Source: Selaginella moellendorffii
Taxonomy: Eukaryota > Plantae > Lycopodiophyta
Assembly: GCF_000143415.4 (NCBI RefSeq)
Contig: NW_003314262.1
Location: 5,548,364 to 5,612,363, forward strand
Reading direction: 5' to 3'
DNA: 64,000 nt
The notes under the pieces: model-generated
The model's database searches: none
Told to the model about the DNA's origin: nothing
What the model saw: the letters and a program-made list of their open reading frames with translations, nothing else
Part shown: positions 51,231-64,000 of the stretch, piece after piece
How positions within the stretch are numbered: position 1 is the first letter of the stretch
Layout: each line of letters starts with the position of its first letter
Made by a program: the position numbers and the translations under genes

Positions 51231-52448
51231 ATTAACACGCTAATTAACTGCATTTGTTTTAATCTGACAGCCGAGCACTGCTCCTCAAGCCAGGTTTACA
51301 GAGAATGTGGGGAGAAGCTCACTTGATCCATGGGTAGGAACTTTGAGACAGTGGGATTTTGTGCTTGGTCATATGCCAAGCAACAGGTCAGCCCCTCACT
51401 GCTCCAAATGGTGTTGGGGTGGATGGGATGGTCATCACCAATGCTAAAGTTCTTGTTAGAGCCACCACCATTCCATTTGGGAATTGCATACTACAGATGA
51501 GCAAATGTTTGATTGAAAGTGGAAATTACATCCTAGAATAAAAGATGGAGCATATTTAAAAATAAACAATTTTGGTGAAAGTAGATGTTAAGAATTGACT
51601 TAACTTTCACGTGGTAAGTGAATTGTTTTTGTACATTAACCTTTCACTAACTTTTTGTTCTAATTCCTCAAATGTTGCCATAAAATAAAAAGAAATCCTT
51701 TGTCCAGCTGATAATGATACCATCCATTTCCAAATGCATATTATCATTGGGATAAAGCACCCTTATATGTTTTTGTCATCCATATATGTTTTGCAATATG
51801 GATCAAGCACAAGTAATATAAGCTCACACACACTCTCTCCTCTATAAAATCATAAGAGTTAGGTAAGTTTAATGCAATTTAATATTTTGCCAATGAGCAA
51901 GACTACGTTAAAATATTCACCACACAGGTATGCTTATAAATATAGTAGGATCTAGAATACAGTAACAAGCTCTAAAAATTACATTATGAAGAAGTTTTTT
52001 GGCATTGCTCACTAGATTTTGTTGTGCCTCACCACTTTTGCCATATGTCTCATCACTCTGCAACCAGTATTCAAAAATTAGCCATTTACATTGCATTGAA
52101 TGTGCTTAAGCATCACAAAAATGCCTTGGTAGTGGATAATGGTTTCTCAGCGAAAGGTAACCTTGAAAGGGTATGACTTGATATTTCTCTAGATTAAGAA
52201 GTCTAAGAATTCTTGCAGATTAAACACTTGATGGAAGAATATACAAGAATTGCAAGACTTGAAAAAGCATAAGTTTTAGCTAAAAAACACAAGGAAACTA
52301 AATCATGACGATGATGATGATGCTCATCAACCAATCTTTTGTCTTGATCTTGAGCTTATCCCATTTTCAACTTTGCTAACTCAAGTTGGTCTTATATATC
52401 TTCTAGGAAATCACAAGCATGAGGTATTCCAACCAAAGCCAAACTCAA

Positions 52449-55400
52449 TGTAGCACATTTGAATTTAGAGCTAAACTCCAAGCCTGTTGCACTACAAAAC
52501 GAGGGTATAGTATAATCCCATGAGCACTAGTTCCCTATATCCAACACCTACATGCAAAACAATGTCAAATGGTGTCTGGCACAATTTTGACATATTAGTG
52601 GCATAATGTGAGGAGGGTATTCCATCAACTAAAGTAGCATGGAGTTTGGGCTTAGACTCAAGTTAGATGTAAAACAAAGAGTGACACATCTCAGTAGGAG
52701 CTAAATTAATGTCCTAAGTGGTTAGATATGTATTCCAACCATTATCCTTATTATACATTTGGAACCCCTCATGGTCTCCCCCCCCACCCGAGGAACACAA
52801 ACTTTGGGCTTTCACCCCAAACCTCCTTTAGTACCAGGAGTTAGTCTTTGGGATTAACTCAAAACTTATTAAATATGGAATGACATTAGATTGTGAATTT
52901 GGACATGGGATGAATATCATTATGTTCATGACACTTTCCATAATTACCCAATTGGAACGAGACTAATACAAAGGGCATGATAGTGAATATTGAGGGACCA
53001 ATCTCAATATCACAGGGGTTCTTAACACTAGTAAGTGCAAGCTAACAACATAAGTTTCTTGTCACTGTATCAAGTATACTTCACTTAATAATAACTTAGG
53101 ATTTCCTTCTTCAATGCCCTTTTGTGTAAGCTTTTGAATTTGGACTTTTCAGGAGGTCACCTAAAAGGACACTTAACCTTAAGTATCTTAAAATTCTTAA
53201 TTGATTGGAAAAGGGGGTACATTTTTATTTATAGGCTCTTTTCCCTTATATTTAAACCCAATGAATCGTTTTTTAAGTAATTTTCTTTGGTTATTTACAT
53301 TCTAGTTTAAGTGCACATGTGCTGAGTAGTTTCTCAACTAGCTTGGGTGGAGACCATAAAGGGAATTAGTAGTACTAATCTCTTGCCATCGTGGTAGTAA
53401 GGAGAGAGTGTTCATAAGGATTAGCTAACAAGTATCTTTCGATACCTGAAGTCATATTTGTGACACTCTCTCCCCTTTAGAGAAAATCAACATCCTCATC
53501 AATGCATACCTAAGTCTAGCAAACCGTCAAAGAAATAACTCGAAAGTTAATGGAAAACACACTATGTGGAAAACACATTAACTTAAATGAGTTATGGAAC
53601 AATCTCTCCTCTACGTCCAAAGACGTTAAGACTCAGACACCCTTTGGCTGTCACCGACAAGGAAATGACTAATGAAGTTAGCCACCTTTGTTGCTTAGAG
53701 TACCACTTAGCTTACAAAGGAATGATATATCTCTGCTTGCAGGGACATAGGGAGAGAGCTAAAGGCCCAACTTCCCCTAAGCAAGAAATCAACCCCATCG
53801 AGAAGATTTAGACAACTATTATAAATTAGTAGATGAAGTTGTTTACATGACCATGCCCCTTTTTTAAAAATGAGTTATTGAAAGAGAGGTGCAAACTTGT
53901 GATCAGTCTATAATAGTTATCCCTATGGTTATAGATTGTACCCATACACTAAAGTGCCAAAGTCAGCATGCCAAAACTGACCCAAAAATATGTATAATAG
54001 AAACGTTTGATTTATATAAATATATTACTTTATTAATTTGCAAGATTTATTACAACAAAAGCTAGTGATTATTATGATTCTTATATTCTGTGACAAGCTC
54101 ACAAACATGTATAAGATTCCTAAGAGGCTCCCAAGTTGATTCACAAGATGAGTAACATTTCCACTTAACTAAATATTCTTTGGTTCAACCATCACTGTAG
54201 TGCACGTGGTTTTGACCCTTTATCCTATGGTGATTTACCATAGGATAACACCACGAAGCGGAACCTAAACCCTCTTTGTGCCACGTGACAGATGCCACGT
54301 GTCACATACCACGTGTCCGTGCCACGTGTCCATAGGAACCCGAGGTTCAGGGCCTTGGGCCACTGAACGAAGGAATGGTGCCAAACTCCCAAGCGTGACT
54401 CCAAGGAGTGATGGAACCGGACCACGGAGCAACTCCCGAGCATATAGCCCAAGGAGCGAAGGGACAGGATCCCGGAGTGACTTGGAACAGTCCTGGAGCA
54501 ACCAGCATACCAATGCCAGGACCAGCACGCAAAACAGAGCTAAACGGAGTCTAGCGCTATTTCGGCATACCGGTGGCCTAACATAAGGATATGGGTACTC
54601 CACCAGCTAGCATGGAATGGAACTTGGGCTTAGACCCAAGCCGGACGCAGAACAAGGACAGGCACGCAAGTGGGAGCTAGACTATGCCTCAGGTTGGTCG
54701 GCCATGCCCGACCTACCCACTATCCCTACTATACATTTGGAACCCCCCACAGCCCCCCGCCCCCCCCCCTTGAGGAACACACGCTTTGGGCTTTCACCCC
54801 AAGCCTCCCTTAGTATCAGGAGTTAGTCTCTGGGACAAGCTCAAAACTTACTAAATATGGAATGTCCCTAGATTGCGAATTTGGACACGGGACGAACACC
54901 ATTGTGTTCAGGACGATCTCTACATTCCGTAGATATGCCAAATGAGCAAATCTGGACACTTTCCATAAATAGCATTTGGGACGAATTAAGACTAACACAA
55001 AGGGCATGATAGCGAGGGTGTTTGGCAGACACGGTAAGCTATCATCTAGCGATGTTGAGGGACCAATCTCAATATCGCGGGGGTTCTTGATACTAGCAAG
55101 TGCAAGCCAATGACTCAAGTTTCTCAAACCAGGCCGAGTATGCTCAGCAAGAAACACATAGGGTTCCTACCTTATGTTTATCCAATCTAAGTGCATGGTC
55201 ATTGATCAGTTTCTCAACTAGCTCAAGTGGGAAACTGATAACAGGTCCAGCAATACCGACCTCCTGCTATCGTGGCAGTAAGGTAAGAGTGTCCATAAGG
55301 ACTAGCCGACAAGTAACTTTCGATACCCGAAGTCACATGCGCGACACTCTCCCCCCCTTGGGAAGATCGACGTCCTCGTCGATGCACACTCGAGTCTAGA

Positions 55401-58400
55401 ATACTGCCAAGGAAACAACTCTAGAAAAAGTTTACGGTACTCACACTATGTGAGAAATGCACCAACTTAAATGAGTTAGGGGGCAACCTTTTTGTCTAAC
55501 GCGGATGCGCTACCAGCTCAGACACCTTCCAGCCGTCACCGACAAGGAAATGACCAATGGAGTCAGCCACCCTTGCTGCTCTGGGTGTCACCCAGCTACA
55601 AAAGTGTGATACGCCCTGCCCGCAGGGACATAAAGAGAGAAGCCAGAGGCCCCAACCCTCCTGAGCAAAGAAACCAAACCTGTCGGTAAGGTTTAGATAG
55701 ACTACTATAAACAGGCAGTTAGAGTTGTTTACACGGTCACGCCCTTTCACAGAATAAAGAACATCGACAGAGAGGCGGGTTATGTGACCAGTCGACAGTA
55801 GCTACCCCATGACTAGAGATTTCACCATGCACACGAAGTGCCGAAGCCAGTCTGCCCATTACTGGCCCAAACTCAAAGAACAATAGATGGACAATATTAA
55901 AGTCATAGACAATGATATCTTAGAGTCGGAATTATCAGTGAATGAATCTTATATTAGAACACACAAGTATTTCAAGTATGTTATCATCCGATAAACCAGT
56001 AGTATTGTAGATAGGAACCACCAAGATCATCATAATTTGGCAAACATAGGAATGACCATCCAACAAAATTCAATAGCTAGTATATCATCAAGGAAACTCA
56101 ATGATGAAACTTAACTACCGAAGAGAGTAGACAGTAAGCCAACAACTTACTAGAGAGAACTCAAAGAACACAAAGTATCATTGATTAACAAGCACAATGC
56201 TCGCGAATGTATCACCCAAAGGAAATAACATCCAAATCTATCAAAACTAACTCGAGCAACAATCAACAGAAGAGAATGAATGTGGTAAGACCAACAAACA
56301 CTCATGCCTGCCAACTATCACAAAAGCCAATCTGAATAGATCCCAGCCAAGAATACCAAGGAACTCAAGTTGCCTAAGCAAGTGTCAGCAACATCCTACT
56401 GACGTCTCAAACCCAAGAGACCAATCCAGAGCAAACCACAAAGAACATGTGGTATTGCGAAAAGCCAAAAGCTATCAAAGAGAACAACTAACTATCATGA
56501 AAGATCGTCAATTAGCCCATCAATGTAGTGATGTATAATCATCGTTGAAGAAAGAATCTACCATCCCGAAGAATAGCAAATAATTCCAAACCAACAATAA
56601 TCAAGCAAAACTTGTGATAAGGACAATCAACTACCCTAGATGATAGTCAATCATTACCAATGATTGCTAGATGCAAAGCCAACTTCAACATCGAAGCTAA
56701 TGAGCCAAAATGCCTTCCCCAACAACTTCTAACAAATGGAACAATGAGCATGAAAACTCAAGGAACCAAAAGTTCAAAGAAGCCTTAACCCTTTTCCAAC
56801 ATCTTAATGGGCAAACTTTAGGAAACAAGGTACCTACTTAAGCTTAGCATAATGAACCACCATCGATAATCCAGTCAAAGCTACTACAATGCTACTTTGT
56901 GCAAGTAGACTAGCTTCTCCATCAACCACTTTGGGGTTGATCATCATTTAACCAAGCAACTTCGTAAACACATTGCTCATTATCACATGGATATGATATA
57001 GAAATCACAATGACTTGATCATCGATTGAGCAACACCACGAGCAATGCCAATGTCATTACTTCAAAGGTTTATGTGAGTATCAAGTGCCAACTCAATTCG
57101 ACAAAATGCAATATAAATGTCACACTCCACCAATAGAGATTTACAACACCCAACATCGGTAACTTTTGTTCACAACACGAACAAGCTCATGCCACTCTCT
57201 TTCCGACCAAACTCAACACTAATCCAACACCAAGCTACTCAAGGAGCAATAGCAAGGTTCCCTAGAAAAGAATTGAGCATTGCAACCCCAGTCTTCCATA
57301 GCAAGCTTAGACAAAATGGTATAACGTTTCACCACTATCCATCCCACAACTCACCATTGTAAGACCACCATCTCCAACATGCATCAAGATAGGGACTCTT
57401 GATTGCATGATGTGAACCCAAGCAATGAGTTAACACTTCATTGTAGATCATCTCTTCAAGAAGAGAAAATGATTTATGTATTTGATCCTTCGTCCCTGAC
57501 GACTCTCTTTTCGGTCTCATCTTTTGACCAAACCTCAAGCTTGCTTTCGCACTGCCTTCAGTTCAATCGAAGAAAAGTTTATGAGAGAGCACGGCAATGA
57601 TTACTTGAACCAATAGACTATTCCCTACAGTCTTGATTGATCCAATTATAATCATGCCTAGGAAGGATCCACTAGTGCTGTGCTAAACAGCTACGGACCA
57701 GCCTAATTGCCACTCATAGCAAACTCAGGGAAAGTTTACTTTCACCCATGGTACATGGAACAACTCATGGAACCACTGATAGGCTAACATTAATCCTGCC
57801 AACTCAAAGTGTAACCTCGAGTTGCTAATGTGCCTCACTCACGAGCCCAAGCACAAACTCGTGTAACGGAACAACTCAGTCCACCCTATGAGCCCAAGAG
57901 CAAGCTCACATAAAATGGAACAAAAAGGTAACCAAAACCTATCCCAAGGAACCAATGCGAAGTCTTTGCACCAAAACGTGTACCCACTCGGATCATCGTT
58001 TTCATCTCTGCGTATGCAACGAGACTAGTTGCCCAATCTCACTGAATAGTACTCACTGAGACTCATTCTCTGATACCAAATGTAGCGCACGTGGTTTTGA
58101 CCCTTTATCCTATGGTGATTTACCATAGGATAACACCACGAAGCGGAACCTAAACCCTCTTTGTGCCACGTGACAGATGCCACGTGTCACATACCACGTG
58201 TCCGTGCCACATGTCCATAGGAACCCGAGGTTCAGGGCCTTGGGCCACTGAACGAAGGAATGGTGCCAAACTCCCAAGCGTGACGCCAAGGAGTGATGGA
58301 ACCGGACCACGGAGCAACTCCCGAGCATATAGCCCAAGGAGCGAAGGGACAGGAGCCCGGAGCGACTTGGAACAGTCCTGGAGCAACCAGCATACCAATG

Positions 58401-61400
58401 CTAGGACCAGCACGCAAAACGGAGCCAAACGGAGTCTAGCGCTATTTCGGCATACCGGTGGCCTAACGTGAGGATATGGGTACTCCACCAGCTAGCATGG
58501 AATGGAACTTGGGCTTAGACCCAAGCCGGACGCAGAACAAGGACAGGCACGCAAGTGGGAGCTAGACTATGCCTCAAGTTGGTCGGCCATGCCCGACCTA
58601 CCCACTATCCCTACTATACATTTGGAACCCCCCACAGCCCCCCGCCCCCCCCCCTTGAGGAACACACGCTTTGGGCTTTCACCCCAAGCCTCCCTTAGTA
58701 TCAGGAGTTAGTCTCTGGGACAAGCTCAAAACTTACTAAATATGGAATGTCCCTAGATTGCGAATTTGGACATGGGACGAACACCATTGTGTTCAGGACG
58801 ATCTCTACATTCCGTAGATATGCCAAATGAGCAAATCTGGACACTTTCCATAAATAGCATTTGGGACGAATTAAGACTAACACAAAGGGCATGATAGCGA
58901 GGGTGTTTGGCAGACACGGTAAGCTATCATCTAGCGATGTTGAGGGACCAATCTCAATATCGCGGGGGTTCTTGATACTAGCAAGTGCAAGCCAATGACT
59001 CAAGTTTCTCAAACCAGGCCGAGTATGCTCAGCAAGAAACACATAGGGTTCCTACCTTATGTTTATCCAATCTAAGTGCATGGTCATTGATCAGTTTCTC
59101 AACTAGCTCAAGTGGGAAACTGATAACAGGTCCAGCAATACCGACCTCCTGCTATCGTGGCAGTAAGGTAAGAGTGTCCGTAAGGACTAGCCGACAAGTA
59201 ACTTTCGATACCCGAAGTCACATGCGCGAGAATCACGTGCCTTATAAGACAAAAGAATAGCCTAAACCTCATACTTAGATTCACCATCAATAACATTCGG
59301 AGCTAGACAAACATCCTTAGAGTGGCTAGGATCCTAATGATATGGGGCCAGTAAATTGACATGAAACACATCATGAAGTTTAGATATCTCTTGTGGAATA
59401 TCCAACTAATAAGATACATCACCAATTCATTTCAACACCTGATAGGGTCTAATATATTTTGCTAACAGTTTCTAAGATAAAGATCCCTTAATATTCAAGT
59501 TTCGGAAAAATAGCCACACCTGATCTCCCACTTGATAGGATATATCCCAACGATATTGATCCTTATCATGTTGATACCTATCTTCAGCTTTGCCTATCAC
59601 CTCAGTAGTTCTAGACCAACCTTGGTATAGCTGCTCTGCATACAAGTCTGGGACCAATGCTTCGGACATTGGTTTCAATACAACAATCTATTGAAGAACC
59701 TCACGAGCATTCCTTTGTAGCATCTCCTATGGAGAATAGCCAATAATGTTATGAAATGTGTTATTATAATAGATTTCTACTATGTCTAAATGCTCAACCC
59801 AGCCGTATTGGTTTGCTGCGATATAGTACCATAGATAATCCTCAATTTGAGCATTCACACTTTTGGTCTACCCATTGGTTTGAGAATGATAAGCTATACT
59901 AAATTTCAAGTTGGTATCGAATAACTAGAATAATATGCCCCAAAACTTCATTGTAAATCTCAAATCTCTATTTAAGATCATCTCTTCAGGAAGACCACAA
60001 ACTTACACTACTTCATGGAAAAAGAGTTTTATTGCTTGTTTTGCATTCACTATTTCCATAATTGGAATGAAGTGTGCAATCTTCAACAACCAATCCACAA
60101 CCACCATCAAAGTATCATAACCCTTAGAATTTGGTAAGTAAGTGATGAAATCAAGTGTCACATTTTGAAATGGCTATACTGGTGCTAAAATGCATTGCAA
60201 CTTTCTAGCTTGCTTCTCAGTTCTGTGTTTATATTGCTAGCATATAAGGCAGGAACAGACATAGTCTACTATATCACCTTGCATACCAAACCAGAAAAAT
60301 CCTTTTTTCAATGAAGCAAGAGTCTTTCAGTTTCCACTATGTCCCACTGTTGGAATATCATGATGTTCCCTCAAAAACAACTTTTCCAGATCCTTGGAAG
60401 GAAGATACAATCTTTATTGCTTATAGAAAATAAGTTCGTCTTGAACTGAGAAGTGAAGCTTCACATTTATGTGACTAGCAACTTTTACTGCTTTGCTACT
60501 AGGGTTTTATTTTGACAACTCTGCATGGTGCAAGATTGCCTTTGCCAATGGATCACTTCCATATAAAGCCCAAATGTCCTCTAACCAATCCAAACTAATT
60601 GCCAATATTGCCTAGAATTGAGCCTGACGACTCAATGCGTCTGGCACAATATTATCTTTACCAGGTTTATAGATGATTTCAATCTTGCCAACGAGCTTGC
60701 TTTGACATAAGCTTTGGCTACATAGCAAAGTAACTTAGTGTGTTACTATATATATAAACTTTGGTATGTCCACCCAAATAATACCTTTAGTGTTTCAACA
60801 CTGACACTATAACAAATATTTCTTTTTCATGCATTGGCCATCTTTGTTGGGTTTCATCCAATTTCTTGGAATAGAACACAACGGGACAACCATGTCACCT
60901 TACCGTAACACCAACTACTTTATCATAATCTTGTTGTAACATGGCACCAATAATATAGCCAAATGCATCACAATGCATCTCAAAGGGTTTATCAAGATCT
61001 AGGATCTTGAGCTAATAGGCCAACTTGTAGCTGCAAGATCTCCTTCAATTATACAAAAGCATGCTAACAAAGTGGTGTCTAATGAAATGGTATATTACTC
61101 TTCGTTAACTCAGTTAACAAAAGAGCAATTCTTACATAATTGCAGACAAACTTGCAATAGTATCCTACTAAACTGAGAAAAGAACAAACATCTGATATAG
61201 TGGTCGGGACTTCTTAGGATTTCACCGCTTCCACCTTCTTTAGATCCACCTCAATTATACCACCACCAACTATATATCTAAGAAAGTTTACGTGCAATTA
61301 TCCAAAAACACATCTCCAAGTGTTTCAAATGATCCTTTAATATTTCACTGAATATTAGAATATCATTGATATATAGGACAATAAAATGTATCTAGATAAT

Positions 61401-64000
61401 CTCCAAATATTTTATTCATCATAGTGCTAAATGTTGCTAGAGCATTACATAATCCAAATGGCATGACAAGGAACTCATAGGATTTGTACCAAGTCTTAAA
61501 GGCTGTCTTCTCTATATCTTGATCTTCCATCTATATCTGATGATACCCAAACCACAAATTAAATTGCATAAAATATTTAGCCTTTAAGAGTTGGTCAAAC
61601 AAGTCATCAATATGGGCAAAGGATAAGTGTTTTTGACCATGATCTTGTTGAGAGATTGATAATCAATACACATCTTTATGGTTCCATCCTTTTCTATAAC
61701 AAAAAAGATTGGCACTCCATAAGATGACTTGCTTGGTCAGATATGACATTTGTCAAGAAGCTCTGTGAGTTGTTTCTTAAGTTCAGCCATCTCTTTAATG
61801 TTTAGATAATATAAAGCCTTTGTAAGTGGTTTAAAACTTGGAATAACCTTAATCTGATGGTCAACCTCATGGCTAGGAGGTAGCTCTAGTGGCAAATCCT
61901 TCAAAAAGAAATCCTGATTCCATGCCAACAATTTCAATATCTCCTTTGGTATAGAATCAACATTGTCACCAATTTGAACTAAGTCATTAACACCTTTAGC
62001 TTCTATCACTTGAACCCAAAAGGTTTGACATCCCTTCTTAGCTGTTTTTTGAGCAGCTCTCACAATTAGGAATTTAACATCCCAATCCTTTGAGGAGTCT
62101 TTTTGCAATTTGAAAGACACATCAGGACGTCCTTTTGACCTTAATGTGATATGAATTTATCCAACACCATAAATCCCTTTAATATATTTGTTGAAGAAAT
62201 CCATCCCAAACACCATCTGAAAATCTAGATTTTCAACACTACCAAGTCCACTCTTTCTTTCCACTTGGATATTTTTATTGGAACATCACTCATAAATTTT
62301 CTAGCTCCTTGCTCTCCTTCTGCAAACCAGAAGTATATGGGTGACATTTGCTCAACATTCAATCCTAACAACTTAATTATGTCTTCAAATATCATATTGT
62401 CATAGCTCTTGTATCAATTATCATTCAGATTCAGTATCCGTGGATAAAGCTTACCAAATACATCAATGGATTAATGTTTGCTTTGACTGTGAAAAAGGCT
62501 TGAAAAAAGTAATGAAAGTAACTCACCTCCTCTTCCTCATAGTCTACATTGACCAACTTGTCAACCCCTTCAACTTCACTACCATTGTCTTCCCTCATGA
62601 CATTAACATGAGATCTTGTTTTATGCTTGTTGAGATATTCCGAGGATTTATGTTGTGTCTCTCCACAGTGGAAGTAATGACTTACACTACTCATTTTTCT
62701 AGGAGCAAGTTTTGCAAGCTACTATTATTTGTACCCACTAGGAGGAGGAATAAAGGGCTTAGGACCAAAAGAAGTTATTGGTGGTCACCAACCACCATCT
62801 TTATTAATTGTTGCTTGTGAGCCTCTAAGGCAGAACTTTCTTTCCACCCTCTATTTTCGATCATTTTGTTTATTCCTAGAGTTCTTATTTTTGTCTGAGG
62901 TACCAACATACGGCTACTAGTATTGTTCCATGAGTAAAGGCAACTTGTTATGCTACCTCTTTACACTCTAGATACATCTTTAGCTTAAACTTCAAAATCT
63001 CATTACAAAAAAGTGAACTTAAACCTTCTAGAAAATAACTTTGAGCATCTTCATCATTCATATTTGCAATCATAATACACTTCTAAGCAAATGCATTAAC
63101 GTAATGCATAAGATCCCCCTGTTGCTTTAACTGTCGCAGCTCTGCGTGAAGTCTTAGACCAAGATCATCTGGCAAGTATTCCTTATAGATATGAAACTGC
63201 ATCTTAGTCCAAATTCTAGTCTGCCCTTTTTTAGTGCACACTTAGCACCACCAAGATCGGTGAAAAAGGATTGCACATACGTAACTTTCATATGATCATC
63301 TATGTTTGCTGCTATGAAATATTTTTCCATATCGTAGACCTAGTCTTCCAAAACCTAATAGTTTCGCATGCCTTTGAAGTTGGATGGTTTTGGAGGCTTG
63401 AACTTTGAAACTTGTGCAACTGGGGGTGGTTACAAAATTTTATCGTCCTCGGAACTTCAAGAGGAGTCCGGTTGTTTAGGTTTAGTTGGTTTAGCTGCCT
63501 CAATTTCTTTATTCCTTTTTTTTTCTCTTTCTTCAATTTGTGAATTTCCTTTCGCAAATTCTTAATCTTAACTTCTTGAGCTATAGTAGTACTGTAGCAT
63601 TTGACTCTTCCTCTTCTAACTCAGCGTTAGCCTCTTCTATAGAATCTTTAGCAAAATTTTCCTCTTAATTCGCCCATCTAAAGGTTTCAATGTCATCAAC
63701 ATGATTCCTTTTCACCATTTTGCTAACTGTATGCATGCCTCTATTAGTAACTAAACTTACATACAACATTCTTACCGAATGGTGCAATCCAACTACTTCT
63801 ACACAAGTTGTTTCAAATCTACTAGAAAAGTCTTTGCATATGCAACTTGAGTCAGAAAAATCTGACAAAAGTTGGATAGGAATCACTGAGAAATTTGCGG
63901 GAGCCAAACTAATATCTTAAGTGCTTGGACATGCATTCCAATCATTATCCCTATTATATATTTAGAACTCCATATAGCACCCGCCCCCCCCCCCCCCCCC
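52449..64000 (-). mobile_element. Old Ty3/gypsy chromovirus relic: 3' LTR about 52449-53465, PPT at 53466, chromodomain split at 54195/59232, decayed IN/RH/RT/PR/gag to about 63400, LTR-like fragment about 63895-64000
   Basis: EYLVKWK.Y...STWEP..NL; VGDQVWL; MPFGLCNA; LPLELPPSHEVDH.I; zinc knuckle FHCGETQH; many stops. LTR is homologous to the young elements. Confidence 0.85.
54196..59231 (-). mobile_element. Complete non-autonomous LTR retrotransposon, copy 2 (LTRs 54196-55346 and 58081-59231, 1151 bp each), TSD ATCAC
   Basis: ATCAC at 54191-54195 and 59232-59236; PBS ctctgatacca before 58081; PPT at 55347; 2.7 kb ORF-less interior collinear with copy 1 but missing about 2.2 kb. Confidence 0.96.

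Noticed and set aside
1-64000. CRISPR arrays, rRNA or prokaryotic operons
   Set aside because: None seen; spliceosomal introns and LTR elements indicate plant nuclear DNA.

Overview
Plant nuclear genomic DNA. GC-rich gene islands with very short introns (about 50-60 nt) alternate with AT-rich transposon relics. This architecture and the gene families suggest a lycophyte such as Selaginella (inference, not verified). Apparently intact genes: DIM1/YLS8 spliceosomal thioredoxin-like protein, an 11-exon HD-ZIP class IV transcription factor, CDT1, a CRINKLY4-related receptor kinase (its tandem paralog has a 1-nt frameshift), a UDP-glycosyltransferase, a GH17+X8 beta-1,3-glucanase with a GPI-type tail, a small coiled-coil (NSL1-like?) gene, a divergent histone H2B and a two-domain EUL/ricin-B lectin. 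RNA genes: tRNA-Gly(GCC), two tRNA-Asn(GTT) and a degenerate tRNA-Cys(GCA). Pseudogenes or fragments: DIM1, HD-ZIP IV 3' end, PPR, H2B and TPR-SET. Mobile DNA: two young copies of a non-autonomous LTR retrotransposon (one complete, with an ATCAC target-site duplication, inserted into the chromodomain of an old related chromovirus), a short-LTR relic, a pogo-like relic and two foldback/MITE elements. Most notable: (1) two separate local duplications in which a small gene moved away from a convergent neighbour and the original copy decayed; (2) an H2B with H2B.S-like residues; (3) an ORF-less retroelement family with strongly strand-asymmetric composition and a G-box array in its LTR. All alignments and counts were done by eye.
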